Shown: positions 13,415-26,536 of the stretch, piece by piece | Layout of the letters: every line of letters starts with the position of its first letter | Position numbering within the stretch: position 1 is the first letter of the stretch | Origin: Octopus vulgaris | Taxonomy: Eukaryota | Direction of reading: 5' to 3' | DNA length: 64,000 nt | Assembly: GCA_951406725.2 (NCBI GenBank) | Contig: OX597830.1 | Span: 64,976,001 to 65,040,000, forward strand | Program-made: the position numbers and the translations under genes | Notes under the pieces: generated by a model | Database searches by the model: none | Told to the model about the DNA's origin: nothing | What the model saw: the letters and a program-made list of their open reading frames with translations, nothing else

Positions 13415-13737
13415 TATATGGAATGACCATGGGATTGCACCTAGAGAGTTACCCCACGAGGCACAAGTCCGGGCAAGGTTGTTTATGGAAGACCAGCAGT
13501 CACCCATGCATACCAGCATCCCTTTCCACGCTACCGATGTTATCCAAGGGAAAAGCAAAGGCCGATTCAGCTTGGCATCAGTGACGTCGCAACTCTTTGC
13601 TACAGATGAGTGGACTGGAGCAATGTGTGATAAAGTGTCTTGCTCAAGAACACAACACGCAGCCCGGTCTGGGAATCGAATTCACAACCTCACGTTCGTA
13701 AGTTCGACGCTCTAACCACTGAGCCATGCGCCTTCAA
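13415..13737 (-). mobile_element. SINE with family C-like tRNA head and a different tail
   Basis: Minus-strand head ggcgcatggctcagtggttagagcg...ttcgattcccagaccggg; 3' body unrelated to the standard C tail. Confidence 0.75.
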
Positions 13738-13774
13738 AAGTTGAATATATGTGGCCTGTAAAAGGTGGTTGTTT

Positions 13775-14089
13775 TTTACATTTTCTGTCAGTCATTTAAT
13801 TGCGGCCATAGTGGAGCACAGCCTCGAAGGGTTTTAGCTGAACAAGTCAACACCGGTACTCTTTATATTTTTGAATTTAAAAAAAAAATGTTTACTTAGG
13901 TACTTAGTCCATCGATCTATTTCGCAGAACTACTAAATTACTAGGATGTAAACAAAATATTACCAGTTGTCAGGCGGTGGAAGGAGAAATAAATATAGAT
14001 ACAAATTCTCTCTCTCTCTCTCTTGCTCTCTCTCTTTCTCTCTCTTGCTCTCTCTCTCTCTCTCTCTTGCTCTCTCTTTCTCTCTCTTG

Positions 14090-14141
<52 letters not shown>

Positions 14142-14289
14142 CAACTGGCTTCCATACAATCTCCGTCTCCCAAATTCATTCACAAAGCACTGGACGGCCA
14201 GGGGCTATAGTAGAGAACTTGAGGTGTCTTGCTGTGGGACGGAACCCAAACCATGCTAGCTGCAAACACGTTTCTTAACCACACAGCAA
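13775..14289 (-). mobile_element. Degenerate SINE family A
   Basis: Reverse complement of head gctgtgtggttaagaa and tail gctccactatggccgca; internal (CT)n/(CA)n. Confidence 0.7.
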
Positions 14290-14704
14290 TGTCTGTTTTA
14301 TCCATGACTAATGTATAGTAACCACGATTATACAGAAACATTCAAAGCCTCTGCTGATTGTCCTCCTTCACCATATAATCTCGGTAATCTGTACTTCTCG
14401 CATCTGACTAACGAACTGTTATGTTTGATCAAACAAAAACATACATACTTGCAATAAATGTTCAATAATTTTCTTGACAAGCTCAGCGATTTTCTTGCTG
14501 TTTTATTAATATTTTTTGTGTGTTTGTTTTCGGTTTTTGTGGTTGTTTTGCTTTCTCAGCGTTCAAGTTTTCAATATGGGAGAATAATATTTACTCTAAA
14601 TGATTTTGGCAAAGAAACCGACATTTTTAAAATCGTTAGATGGCTGGCTGTTCAAATATTTATTGCTTTATATTTTAGTGTGTAGGTGTACAGCAAGTGG
14701 AGGA

Positions 14705-14835
14705 CAGAAGAAGAGGAAGGAGAAGAGGAAGAAGAAAAGAAGAAGAAGAAGAAGAAGAAGAAGAAGAAGAAGAAGAAGAAGAAGAAGAAGAAGAAGAAGA
14801 AGAAGAAGAAGAAGAAGAAGAAGAAAAGAAGAAGA
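14705..14835. repeat. (AAG)n microsatellite
   Basis: Direct observation. Confidence 0.95.
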
Positions 14836-15400
14836 TATAATGAAGGAATATAATAGAGATAATTCCATTCTTAATGTAGAAACAGGACTGAGATTTCGGC
14901 TATGCATCATCTGCACTATTATAGATTATTGTTAGCGATCACAGCTGGAGAAGAAAATATTGCCTTCGTCAGAAGATTATGTCGGCCGTAGACAAATACA
15001 TTTGTGTTGACTATACGAGGCAAACACAGGGTGTTGACCATAGGAGGCAAACACTCGTAATTCGGGGATGCTTTCTGTAACGATCAGCAAACACATGTAA
15101 ACAAGTATGAAACGCGAAAGGATGAAAGACGAAGCAGACAGTTTGGGGGGGTGGATGGGTCTGAAGTAAGCGTGTAAAAGGCTGCAACTAAATACTTCAA
15201 GGCATTTTGCCAGCTGTTCTAACAGGTTCGTCTTCTTGGCCGCCTCTCTTCGATTATGACTAACAATAGGCGAAATCATCCTTGGTGTAAGCGTTGAACA
15301 ATTAGAGAGACAACCTGGTTTTCCAACTCATAAAGATCAATCAATGCTTGTGACCGTGTTAAGGCAAAGACAGTTTAGCCTTTCACAACAACAATACAGT

Positions 15401-15477
<77 letters not shown>

Positions 15478-15520
15478 TTCAATGATAATAATAATAATAA
15501 TGATAATAATAATAATAATA

Positions 15521-15575
15521 GGGAAGACACTCGGCAAGAAATGGAAGAAAATTTGAAAGAAGAAAAAAAAAAAAG
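15521..15575 (+). mobile_element. 55-bp extreme 3' end of the R4/Dong-like LINE
   Basis: Matches 17220-17272 (gggaagacactcggcaagaaatggaagaaaatttgaaagaag-polyA-g); within (AAT)n. Confidence 0.9.
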
Positions 15576-15698
15576 TAATAATAATAATAATAATAATACT
15601 CATAATAATAATAAGAATAATAAATAATGGTAATAATAATCATAATAATAATAATAATCATAATAATAATAATTATAATAATAATAATAATAATAATA

Positions 15699-17271
15699 GT
15701 CGTGTTAGATGTTGACACAGTCATAAGAGAGCTTGAGCAAGAACAGACATACAAATATTTAGGGATAAATGAAGGCTCTGGTATTCAGCATGCAAGCATG
15801 AAAGAGAAAATCAGGAAGGAATGTTATAGGAAAGTTCGTGCAGTCCTGAAATCTGAACTAAATGCACGTAACAAGGTGTTAGCTATAAATTCCTTAGCAG
15901 TTCCAGTTGTTACTTATAGCTACAATGTGTTGAACTGGAATATGAGTGAAGTAAAGAATATAGATAGAAAAATACGCAAGCTGCTGAGTTGTAATAGGAT
16001 GCACCACCCAAAGGCAGACGTAGATCGCCTTTACCTTCCCAGAGCCCAAGGAGGTTGAGGCCTGATCCAATTTGAACTAGCTTACAAAACAACCACAATT
16101 GGACTGGCCAAATATATCGAAATATCGAATGACTGGATGCTAAAGCTCGTGGAAAATCACGAGAGACGAAAGAAGCTTCATTCTATCATCAAGGAAAGCA
16201 AAAAATTTGCTATTGATCTCGTGCAGGATACCCAAACTGAACAACCCGAGGGAAGTACGGCAACTATTGTTGCAAAGAAGGTGAAAATGATGGCAATGAA
16301 AAAAGCGCACGAGCAATTGGCTGATAGGTGGGAGGAGAAACCTCTGCACGGCAAATATGTGACCCGCAGCAAACAAGCTGATGTTGACCAGAAGCAAACC
16401 CATCAGTGGCTGCGGAGCTCAGGGCTAAAAGCAGAGAGCGAAGGTTTCATCCTGGCTGCTCAAGACCAAAGCCTATTAACACGGAACTACCAGGCCAATG
16501 TGATGAAAAATGGAGCAGACCCAAAATGCCGATTCTGCAACGACATGATTGAAACAGTGGACCACCTAATCTCTGGATGTAAAGTCTTAGCACCAGTGGA
16601 GTATAAATTAAGACATGACAGAGTTGGCCAATATCTCCACTGGCTAATAAGTCGGCATTACAATATCAAAACTGCCGACAAGTGGTATAATCACCACCCT
16701 GAGGCTGTAACTGAAGGAGAAAATGTAACCATTCTGTGGGACTTTCCAGTACATACAGACCGAACCATCAAGGCCAATAAACCAGATATTGTTGTGAAAG
16801 ACCAAAACAATAAAGTTTGCTTATTGATCGACATGAGCATCCCCTGTGATCATAATATCTCAGCGAAAGAGTTTGACAAGCTCAGAAAATATAAAGACCT
16901 ACTCATTGAAATTGAGAAAATGTGGCATCTCAAGGCGGTTACAATACCAGTGATCCTAGGAGCACTAGGAATGATCAAGAAGGGAACCGAAAATTATATG
17001 AGAATGATCCCTGGCTTACCATCCCTGCAAGAAGTGCAAAAGATTGTCTTAACTGGTACATCACACGTATTGAGAAGAGCATTGTCGATGTGAGAACTGT
17101 TGCTGCTCATGTATTTTAATTTAACTTTAAAAAAAAAAAAAAAAAAAAAATGAACGAACTACTGAGTTTGCTTTAATGGCCTACCAATATACACTATGAG
17201 TTTCTTTGCCCTAGGAGTCGGGAAGACACTCGGCAAGAAATGGAAGAAAATTTGAAAGAAGAAAAAAAAAA

Positions 17272-17272
<1 letters not shown>
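15699..17272 (+). mobile_element. 5'-truncated R4/Dong-clade non-LTR retrotransposon (RT end, CCHC, restriction-like endonuclease)
   Basis: Single frame (ORFs 15627-16058 and 16137-17093 are in phase) with YKYLG, YLPRAQGG*GL, HGKY, AQDQ, CRFC..ETVDHLISGC, RHD, KPDI, LLIDMSIP and K..KY. Flanked on both sides by (AAT)n, the known Dong target. Confidence 0.92.
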
Positions 17273-17305
<33 letters not shown>

Positions 17306-17307
<2 letters not shown>

Positions 17308-17782
17308 TCTTGGTATAAAAGATGGGCTACAGCAAATATTCTGCTCAATACCACAGATTTGCTTGTCAGTTGTTTGACCTTAACCAGTTGAGCATGTCCC
17401 TTAGTGGCTGACGATATGTGCATCTCTGATCACGAGCAGAAGTAGTGGGGGAGCATCATAGCCATGTGTTGAGAAGGATTCTTTGGGGTTTGAATAATTC
17501 ACCTCTAGAAACATGGGTGTTTCGTTCAACGTCCTTAAACAACCCTTATTCAGGGACCTTTTAAGCGGGATGGGTTACTCGATCTGAAGAAAATTCTAAC
17601 TGGGCTCCACCTGCAAGGTCATGTGCTGTTTATCTTGATATGAGATCACCATGTCGCGCACATTATGGTTGTGATGCATGTGCCTGGTGTACCCTTATCA
17701 GACGGGTAGTGATGATGGGTATACTGGGCTTCGTATATTTTACCCCAGTGTCGCTTTGATGGCATGCTCTGCTCGCTCACTC
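17306..17782 (+). mobile_element. Unclassified non-coding (AAT)n-associated element (family D), 5'-truncated
   Basis: Highly similar to 19907-20456 and 43810-44367; flanked by (AAT)n. Confidence 0.85.
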
Positions 17783-17799
17783 AATAATAATAATAATAA

Positions 17800-18366
17800 G
17801 TGATTTAAAACCGGAAATGGAGGCTCTAATCTGTGCTGCCAAACAGCAAGTACTAAGAACAAACTACATAAATACAAAATAGACAACACAGCAGAAAGTG
17901 ATAAATGCAGAATCTGAGGACAAAACGGTGAAACTGTATGGCATATTACCAGCCAATTTATGCTACTAGCCCAGAAGGAATATAAGAGACACCACGACAA
18001 TATAGCCAGGCTTGTCCATTGGGCACTTTGCAACAATTATGGACTTGACAGAAGATAAAGTTGGTACGACCACAAAATCGAAGGCATCGTCGAAAATAAA
18101 AATGTAATGATCCTATGGGATTTTATGATTCAGTGCGACCATGAGATAGAGAATAGAAAGCCAGACATAGTCTTAATTGAGAAAGAAAACAAACTATGCT
18201 GGATCATAGACATAGCATGCCTAGGTATGCGATAATGAAGAAAGAAAAGTCGAGAGATATGACAGGTTAGCTCGGAAAGTTAAGCAGTTGTGGTCGATAA
18301 AGAAGGTAGCAAAAGTACCAATAATTGTCAAAGGCCTGAGAACAGTGAGCAAAAATCTCGAGAAGT
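17800..18366 (+). pseudogene. Older, divergent R4-like RLE LINE fragment
   Basis: LRTNYI...KCRI*GQNGETVWHI...HDNIARLVHW...ILWDF...RKPDIVLI...WIIDIAC, with stops and frameshifts. Confidence 0.85.
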
Positions 18367-18463
18367 ACGTATGTGCGTGTATATATATGTGCGTGTATAT
18401 ATATATATATGTATGTGCGTGTATATATATATATAAACACATACACGTATATATGCATGTGCG

Positions 18464-18495
<32 letters not shown>

Positions 18496-18649
18496 GAGAG
18501 AGAGAGAGAGAGAGGAGAGGGAAGGGAGGGGTAGAGAGAAACAAACAGATTCCACAACTAATGCAAAACATATGCCATGGAATGTTATATCTATATTTCC
18601 TTTTATTTCTATCTATCTATCTTTCTTTCTATATGTACATATATGTGTG

Positions 18650-18707
<58 letters not shown>

Positions 18708-19135
18708 CACATATACATACATACATATATAAGTATACACGCATATATATATATGTGTGTCTATATGTATACATACATCCATACAGACACACATTCATAT
18801 ACACATACGTAGAGAGAGACCGTTATCTGGTAGAGTGAAAACAGCCAAAGCCTACCATCATATTCCACATAACGAATATGACAATGATGTGTTAATAATT
18901 GATATTGTAATAAAGAATGACTAAAATGTTGTAGAGGAACGAGCAGAATGACTTAGGAATTGCAAAGCCTGTATTATTTAATTAAAGACAATGCGGTATG
19001 TGAGAAAAGTAGCTGTCATTCCATGTATACATTGGTAAAACTGGTATTGTTATATGCAATCCCTTGTGTGAAGAGACAGACAGCTCAGGTTTGAGATGAG
19101 ACGAAGGCTCCAGACAGTAGCAGTAATATAATCAG

Positions 19136-19178
19136 TGATGATGATGATGACGACGACGACGATGATGATGATGATGAC

Positions 19179-19213
<35 letters not shown>

Positions 19214-19520
19214 CGATGATGATGATGATGATGACGACGACGACGACGATGATGATGACGATGATGATGATGACGATGATGACGATGATGATGATGATGA
19301 TGATGATGATAACGTCGACGACGACGACGATGATGATGATGACGATGACGATGAAGATGACGATGATGATGATGATGATGATGATGATGTCGATGATGAT
19401 GATGATGATGATGTCGATGACGATGACGATGATGATGATGATGATGATGACGATGATGATGATGACGACGACGACGACGACGATGATGATGATGATGATG
19501 ATGTTGATGATGATGATATT
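19136..19520. repeat. (GAT/GAC)n compound microsatellite
   Basis: Direct observation. Confidence 0.95.
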
Positions 19521-19544
19521 ATTGATAATAGTCGTTTCTACAAT

Positions 19545-19772
19545 ATACACAAGGCTTGAAATATTGGTGCGTGGTGGGTGGGTGGCAAGTCGTTTACATC
19601 GACGCGACCGCTTGAATTGTAGTTATTTCATTAACCCCCCCCCCCCCCAAAGGTGAGAGAAGCGAAGTCGAATTTTTTGAACTCGGCGAAATTTCAACTC
19701 AGAACGTAAAAAGAGACGAAATACCGCTGAGCATTTCATTGGGCATGCTAACGATTATGCCAGCTCACCGTC
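19545..19772 (-). mobile_element. Degenerate SINE family B
   Basis: aactcagaacgtaaa...gaaataccgctgagcatttc...gctaacgattatgccagctcaccg. Confidence 0.7.
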
Positions 19773-19814
19773 TTAATAAAAGCGATGATGATGATAGTAA
19801 TAATGATAATAATA

Positions 19815-19906
<92 letters not shown>

Positions 19907-19910
<4 letters not shown>

Positions 19911-20456
19911 GCCCTGATGCAGTACCAGGCAGTGGCTCTCATGGCTTCTGATCTTAACTGATTGGAAGTGTTATCATGTACATTGTTTTGTCTTGGTATA
20001 AAAGATGGGCTACAGCAAATATTCTGCTCAATACCACAGATTTGCTTGTCAGTTGTTTGAGCTTAACCAGTTGAGCAAGTCCCTGACGATATGTGCATCT
20101 CTGATCACGAGCAGAAGTAGTGGGGGAGCATCATACTCATGTGTTGAGAGGGATTCTTTGGGGTTTGAATAATCCACCTCTGGAAACATGGGTGGTTCTT
20201 TCAACGTCCTTCAACATCCCTTATTCAGGGACCTTTTGAGCGGAATGGGCTACTCAACCTGAAGAAAATTCTAACTCGGCCCCACCTGCAAGGTCATGTG
20301 CTGTTTATCTTGATATGAGATCACCATGTCGCGCACATATGGTTGTGATGCATGTGCCTGGTGCACCCTTATCAGACGGGTAGTCATGATGGGTATATTG
20401 GGCTTCGTATATTTTACCCCAGTGTCACTTTGATGGCATGAACTGCTCTCTCACTC
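19907..20456 (+). mobile_element. Family D element, apparently full length
   Basis: Starts aaatgccctgatgcagtacc and ends ctgctctctcactc; (AAT)n on both sides; same 5' end as 43810-44367. Confidence 0.88.
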
Positions 20457-20501
20457 AATAATAATTATAATAATAATAATAATAATAATAATGATAATAA
20501 T

Positions 20502-20696
20502 ACTTTCTAGTATAGGTACAAGGGCTGAAATTTTGGGTGACGGGACCTGTCGATTGCATCGACCCAGTGTTTCACTGGTACTTTATTTAATCGACCCCGA
20601 AAGGATGAAAGGCAAAGACGAACTCAGAACGTAACGGCAGACGAAATACTGCTAAGCATTTCGCCCGGCATGCTAACGTTTCTGCCAGCTCGCTGT
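20502..20696 (-). mobile_element. SINE family B
   Basis: atcgaccccgaaaggatgaaaggcaaag...gctaacgtttctgccagctcgc. Confidence 0.8.
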
Positions 20697-20728
20697 CTTA
20701 ATAACAACAACAACAACAACAGCAGCAG

Positions 20729-20759
<31 letters not shown>

Positions 20760-21270
20760 AATAATAATAATAACAATAATAATAATGAAAACAATAATGT
20801 GATGATGATGATGATGATGATAAGGATGATGATCACGACGATGGAGTTTCTAAGAATCGTTAGAGGATAGGCGACAAATACGGTATAATTATGAACGTTA
20901 CTCTTCTCTGAGAATTCACAACAGCTAAATATCTCATTATAATAATATAAATCTGTTTTAAATGCTGTTTGTCCGAGGACAAAAAAGAACGAAGATAGCT
21001 TTTATTTTTCATAAATATCTTTTGTTATCATTTTATCCTTTCTTCATAATAACTATTATTAATACTAAAAAAACTATCTTTAACTTTAGTAATTATACTG
21101 ACTTCGTGTTTTATCTTTTATCGTCACAGCTATTTTTAAGTCATTTATCTTTTATGCTTCATAATGATTTTTGCATTATTTTCTTTTTTTCTATTTTCTT
21201 TATCGTTCTAAATTTTCTTCCACACACAATAAAAAACTTTCTTATTATCCTTGATACGTCATATGTGTGC

Positions 21271-21305
<35 letters not shown>

Positions 21306-21465
21306 TATACATATACATATTTTTTATTATTATTATTACATATATATATATATATATATACATATATATATACACATATATATACATGTACATATACATA
21401 ATACATATATATATATACATACATATACATATACATATATATATTTATACGTACATATATTTATG

Positions 21466-21497
<32 letters not shown>

Positions 21498-21719
21498 ATA
21501 TGTATATATATGTAATATAATATATATATGTATAATATAATATGATATAATATAATATAATATAATATATATATATATATATTTGTTTGGGGATCAGAGT
21601 TAACGAGAAGTGAAGGTTTTACATCACTAAACAAGAAAAAAATGATATAAAACTCGTAAATGTCTGTTTTCTTATGATTTACTTCGAAGCTCAAAGTAGT
21701 GGGGACCGATGCGTTGAAG

Positions 21720-22070
21720 TTAGGAATCTCACTTTGCAACCTCATGGTTTCTGGTTCAGATTCTACGTTGCGGCACCTTGGTGGAGTGTCTCCGATTAGA
21801 GTCCCACGCAATCCATTGCTTTTTGAGTGAATTTGGTCGACGGAAACTGTCGACTAATTCGAGCTGGCAGAATCGTTACCACACCGGACACAATGCTTAG
21901 CAGCATTTCGTTCGTCTTTACGTACTGAGTTCAAATTACGTCGGGGTCGGCTTTGCCTTTCATCTTTTCGAAGTGGTTAAAATAAGTACCAGTTGAGTAC
22001 TGAGGTCGACGTAATTAACTAGCCCACCACTCCTAAAATTTCAGGCCTTGTGACTGTAGTAGAAAAGGAT
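21720..22070 (+). mobile_element. SINE A 5' fragment followed by SINE B
   Basis: caacctcatggtttctggttcag...ggtcgacggaaactg, then gagctggcagaatcgttac...aaaatttcaggccttgtg...gtagaaaaggattatt. Confidence 0.75.
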
Positions 22071-22094
22071 TATTATTATTATTATTATTATTAA

Positions 22095-22196
<102 letters not shown>

Positions 22197-22237
22197 TATC
22201 ATTATTATTATTGTTATTATTATTATTATTATTATTA

Positions 22238-22912
22238 CTTTTTTTTTTTTTTCTTCTTTCAAATTTTCTTCCATTTCTTGCCGAGTGTCTTCCCGACTCC
22301 TAGGGCAAAGAAACTCATAGTGTATATTGGTAGGCCATTAAACCAAACTCAGTAGTTCGTTCATTTTTTTTTTTTTTTTTAAGTTAAATTAAAATACATG
22401 AGCAGCAACAGTTCTCACATCGACAATGCTCTTCTCAATACGTGTGATGTACCAGTTAAGACAATCTTTTGCACTTCTTGCAGGGATGGTAAGCCAGGGA
22501 TCATTCTCATATAATTTTCGGTTCCCTTCTTGATCATTCCTAGTGCTCCTAGGATCACTGGTATTGTAACCGCCTTGAGATGCCACATTTTCTCAATTTC
22601 AATGAGTAGGTCTTTATATTTTCTGAGCTTGTCAAACTCTTTCGCTGAGATATTATGATCACAGGGGATGCTCATGTCGATCAATAAGCAAACTTTATTG
22701 TTTTGGTCTTTCACAACAATATCTGGTTTATTGGCCTTGATGGTTCGGTCTGTATGTACTGGAAAGTCCCACAGAATGGTTACATTTTCTCCTTCAGTTA
22801 CAGCCTCAGGGTGGTGATTATACCACTTGTCGGCAGTTTTGATATTGTAATGCCGACTTATTAGCCAGTGGAGATATTGGCCAACTCTGTCATGTCTTAA
22901 TTTATACTCCAC

Positions 22913-22913
<1 letters not shown>
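22238..22913 (-). mobile_element. Second 5'-truncated copy of the R4/Dong-like LINE
   Basis: ORF 22415-22912 encodes the same peptide as the C-terminal part of 16137-17093; same 3' UTR; inserted in (ATT)n. Confidence 0.95.
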
Positions 22914-22984
<71 letters not shown>

Positions 22985-23059
22985 GGTGGAATCGTTAGCA
23001 CACCAGCTCCCCCAAAATTGATAGCCGTGTGTAAAAATTTAGAAGCATCATTAACATTG

Positions 23060-23262
23060 TGCAGGGATTGACATTTCGCAGGGTTCACATACAGCAGGCC
23101 GGCCCATGCAGTTGCTGTGTGCTAACCGAAAGATCGGAAATGGCCACATGGAAGGCCTCAACGATGGGAAGACGATTTAGTCAAGCAATCTGGGTCAAGA
23201 TGGAAAAGAATGACACAATCAAGTCAGAATTGGAATTGCACTGTGACCAGCGGTGTATAACT
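23060..23262 (+). pseudogene. Old RTE-type LINE C-terminal fragment
   Basis: Translates KDRKWPHGRPQRWEDDL, resembling the GRP..RW.DD motif of RTE ORF ends. Confidence 0.55.
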
Positions 23263-23278
23263 GTACCTGATGGATTGG

Positions 23279-23436
23279 TCGTGGCTGTGTGGTAAGTAGC
23301 TTGCTAACCAACCACATGGTTCCGAGTTCAGTCCCACTGCATGGCATCTTGGGCAAGTGTCTTCTGCTATAGCCCCGGGTCGACCAATGCCTTGTGAGTA
23401 GATTTGGTAGACGGAAACTGAAAGAAGCCTGTCGTA

Positions 23437-23501
<65 letters not shown>

Positions 23502-23710
23502 TTGTGTGTCTGTGTTTGTCCCCCTAGCATTACTTGACAACCGATGCTGGTGTGTTTACGTCCCCGTTACTTAGCGGTTCGGCAAAAGTGACCGATAGAA
23601 TAAGTACTGGGGTTACAAAAAATAAGTCCCAGGGTCGATTTGCTCGACTAAAGGCGGTGCTCCAGCATGGCCCTCAGTCAAATGACTGAAACAAGTAAAA
23701 GAGCAAAGAG
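23279..23710 (+). mobile_element. SINE family A, near full length
   Basis: tRNA-like head gtggctgtgtggtaagtagc...gagttcagtccc, internal microsatellite, A-rich tail. Confidence 0.9.
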
Positions 23711-23964
23711 GATAGTAACAAGAGCTGTATTCTGACAAATAAGTGGAGCCAACGTTTACAAGATCAAACTCAAGAATAATGTATAACGAAGTACTAAATC
23801 TAATTATTAACCACAGAGGCAGTATCAATACCGAGAAGTAATATTTATCCCTACTTAAAAGTGGATGTTCTATTGGAACAAACTATACCGCGTTAGATAC
23901 CATGAGAGAACATATATTGACTTTTGGTGCAAATTGCACTCTTGTTTATATCATTAGCCGGAAT

Positions 23965-24348
23965 TTGGAAGCACTCCGTCGGTTACGACGATGAGGGTTC
24001 CGGTTGATCCGAATCAACGGAACAGCCTGCTCGTGAAATTAACGTGTAAGTGGCTGAGAACTCCACAGACACGTGTACCCTTAATGTAGTTCTCGGGGAT
24101 ATTCAGCGTGACACAGAGAGTGACAAGGCTGGCCCTTTGAAATACAGGTACAACAGAAACAGGAAGTAAGAGTGAGAGAAAGTTGTGGTGAAAGAGTACA
24201 GCAGGGATCAGCACCATCCCCTGACGGAGCCCCGTGGTGCTTTAGGCGTTTTCGCTCAATAAACACTCACAACGCCCGGTCTGGGAATCGAAACCGCGAT
24301 CCTATGACCGCGAGTCCGCTGCCCTAACCACTGGGCCATTGCGCCTCT
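23965..24348 (-). mobile_element. SINE family C, full length with 12-bp TSD
   Basis: ATTAGCCGGAAT at 23953-23964 and 24349-24360. Confidence 0.95.
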
Positions 24349-24743
24349 ATTAGCCGGAATATAAATCTCCAAAACCGCCAACAGGGATTCGTGTCGGCGT
24401 AGCCCATCGATGTTCTGCCCTTTTCGTAGTAGCCCACGCCTCTCTAACTCATACGAACACAGGTAGGGCGGTGCTATAGAACAGGTATTTTATTAAATGG
24501 CGTTAAAATATTTTACTGCTAAACGCTTCATTCAGAAGATAATACAGTGAGAGGTCTAGAAAGATCGGTTCTAGTTGGAACTGCTGGGAAACTGTAAAGC
24601 AAACAAACAATAAAAGAAAAAAATTAAGAAAATAAAACAAAACTATATATATATTTAAGTATTCATTTATGCATATATGTGTTCATTTATGTGTGTGCGC
24701 ATGTATTTGTATATGTACATGTGTGTGTATGTATATGTATATA

Positions 24744-24804
<61 letters not shown>

Positions 24805-25439
24805 TATATATATAATGTATAAATATACATATAAAATCCCTGTCTGTCTCCTCTGTTTCTATCTATCTATCGATCTATCTAACACTCTGTGTGTGTGTAT
24901 AGATATACATATATATATATAAGATATATATATATATATATATACATACAACATACACAAACACACACTCCGCATTTACACATGTATAAATGTGTTTGAC
25001 AAATGTGAGTGTGTTTGTGTGCATTAGTTTTCATTTAATGAAAAACCTGTGTTTGCAGTAAAAGTCTTTCTTACACAAACATGTCATGTCTCCTCGATTC
25101 CCAGCTTCATTAATCACTTTGAGAAATAACTTCCGTATTCGTCGTACATTCAATGGTGACTTCCTGTTGGCCAGGATTCCACACAGCTACCCGTATTATG
25201 TGCATCTAAGTATAAGCCATCCAGACAACCATGAATATGTCAGTTGTCGTATCAACACATGTCCTATTAATACACTTCGGTTGTGATTTGATTACATTGC
25301 AACACGTGCACCCGTTCACACACACACACACACACACTCAGGACCAACATACAATGTGTATGTGTGTGCAGTGTGCGTAAGCGTATGTACAGGTATGTAC
25401 ATATATATGTATGAATTTATATATGTATATATATGTAAT

Positions 25440-25487
<48 letters not shown>

Positions 25488-25543
25488 AGAAATATTAAAA
25501 TTACTAAGTCTCTCTAAAGGAGATTACGGCAGCGTTACTGGAA

Positions 25544-25637
25544 ATTAATAGTTATCGCCATACTAATATGGCAGTCTTATAAATATATGCTTTAGTCTTA
25601 TATTTATAAGACTGCCATATTAGTATGGCGATAACTA

Positions 25638-25642
<5 letters not shown>
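25544..25642. repeat. Perfect 44-bp inverted repeat (11-nt loop)
   Basis: 25544-25587 is the exact reverse complement of 25599-25642; about 60 nt of unique tail on the left; within (TA)n. Confidence 0.92.
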
Positions 25643-25680
<38 letters not shown>

Positions 25681-25686
<6 letters not shown>

Positions 25687-26149
25687 GCTGCAAAAACCGT
25701 TCGTCAGACACTTTTGGTTGAGAATGGAACAAAAATAAGGTTATATGCAAAAATATACATTTACTTTGATAGATACACATTTGAAAATGGTTTTGTTTCA
25801 TTGGTCCTTTCAACCTTCATTGAAAAGAACGGTATTTTCAATAATCGGTTATACGAAATTACAATTACGATTTAAAATCATATTTTTGTAAAAATCGAAG
25901 AAAATCTTAAATAAAAAATTAGCTTAAACAAAAGTAAAAAACCCTGTATATCCAGGATATATTAATTAATGGTAAAATAAATTTAAATAAATCAAAAAGA
26001 TAAGTCCGTTTAAAATATAAACAGTTACAAATAACTAACATCATAAAATGCATATACATATAGTAATACATACACATATAATAATACATACACATACCAA
26101 AATACCTATGTATACATAGACACACTAAACATATAAACGTTAGTACATG

Positions 26150-26211
<62 letters not shown>

Positions 26212-26468
26212 AACAAATACAGGCAAAACATAAATATATACTAATACATATATAGGTATCCACATACATATATATATACGCACATAATACTTCGCCGGGT
26301 GGATTTCAAATCTAGAATTTAGTTGTTACAAGGTAGAGAAAGGAAACGAAAAGAAAATCAAAGAATAATAAGTGGTGAGAGAAAGAGAAAAAGAAGCGTT
26401 GGAAGAAAGAATAAAAGTGAAAGAAAAGTATGTAGGGAGATAGATAGATAGATAGATAGATAGATAGT

Positions 26469-26536
<68 letters not shown>

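Noticed and set aside
15003-15056. Two ~25-bp direct repeats gtgttgac.ata.gaggcaaacac
   Set aside because: Only two copies; most simply a local tandem duplication.
19907-19990. Hammerhead or HDV ribozyme at the family D 5' end (ctgatgc)
   Set aside because: No downstream GAAA or stem arrangement, and no HDV P1/P3/P1.1 topology could be fitted by eye.
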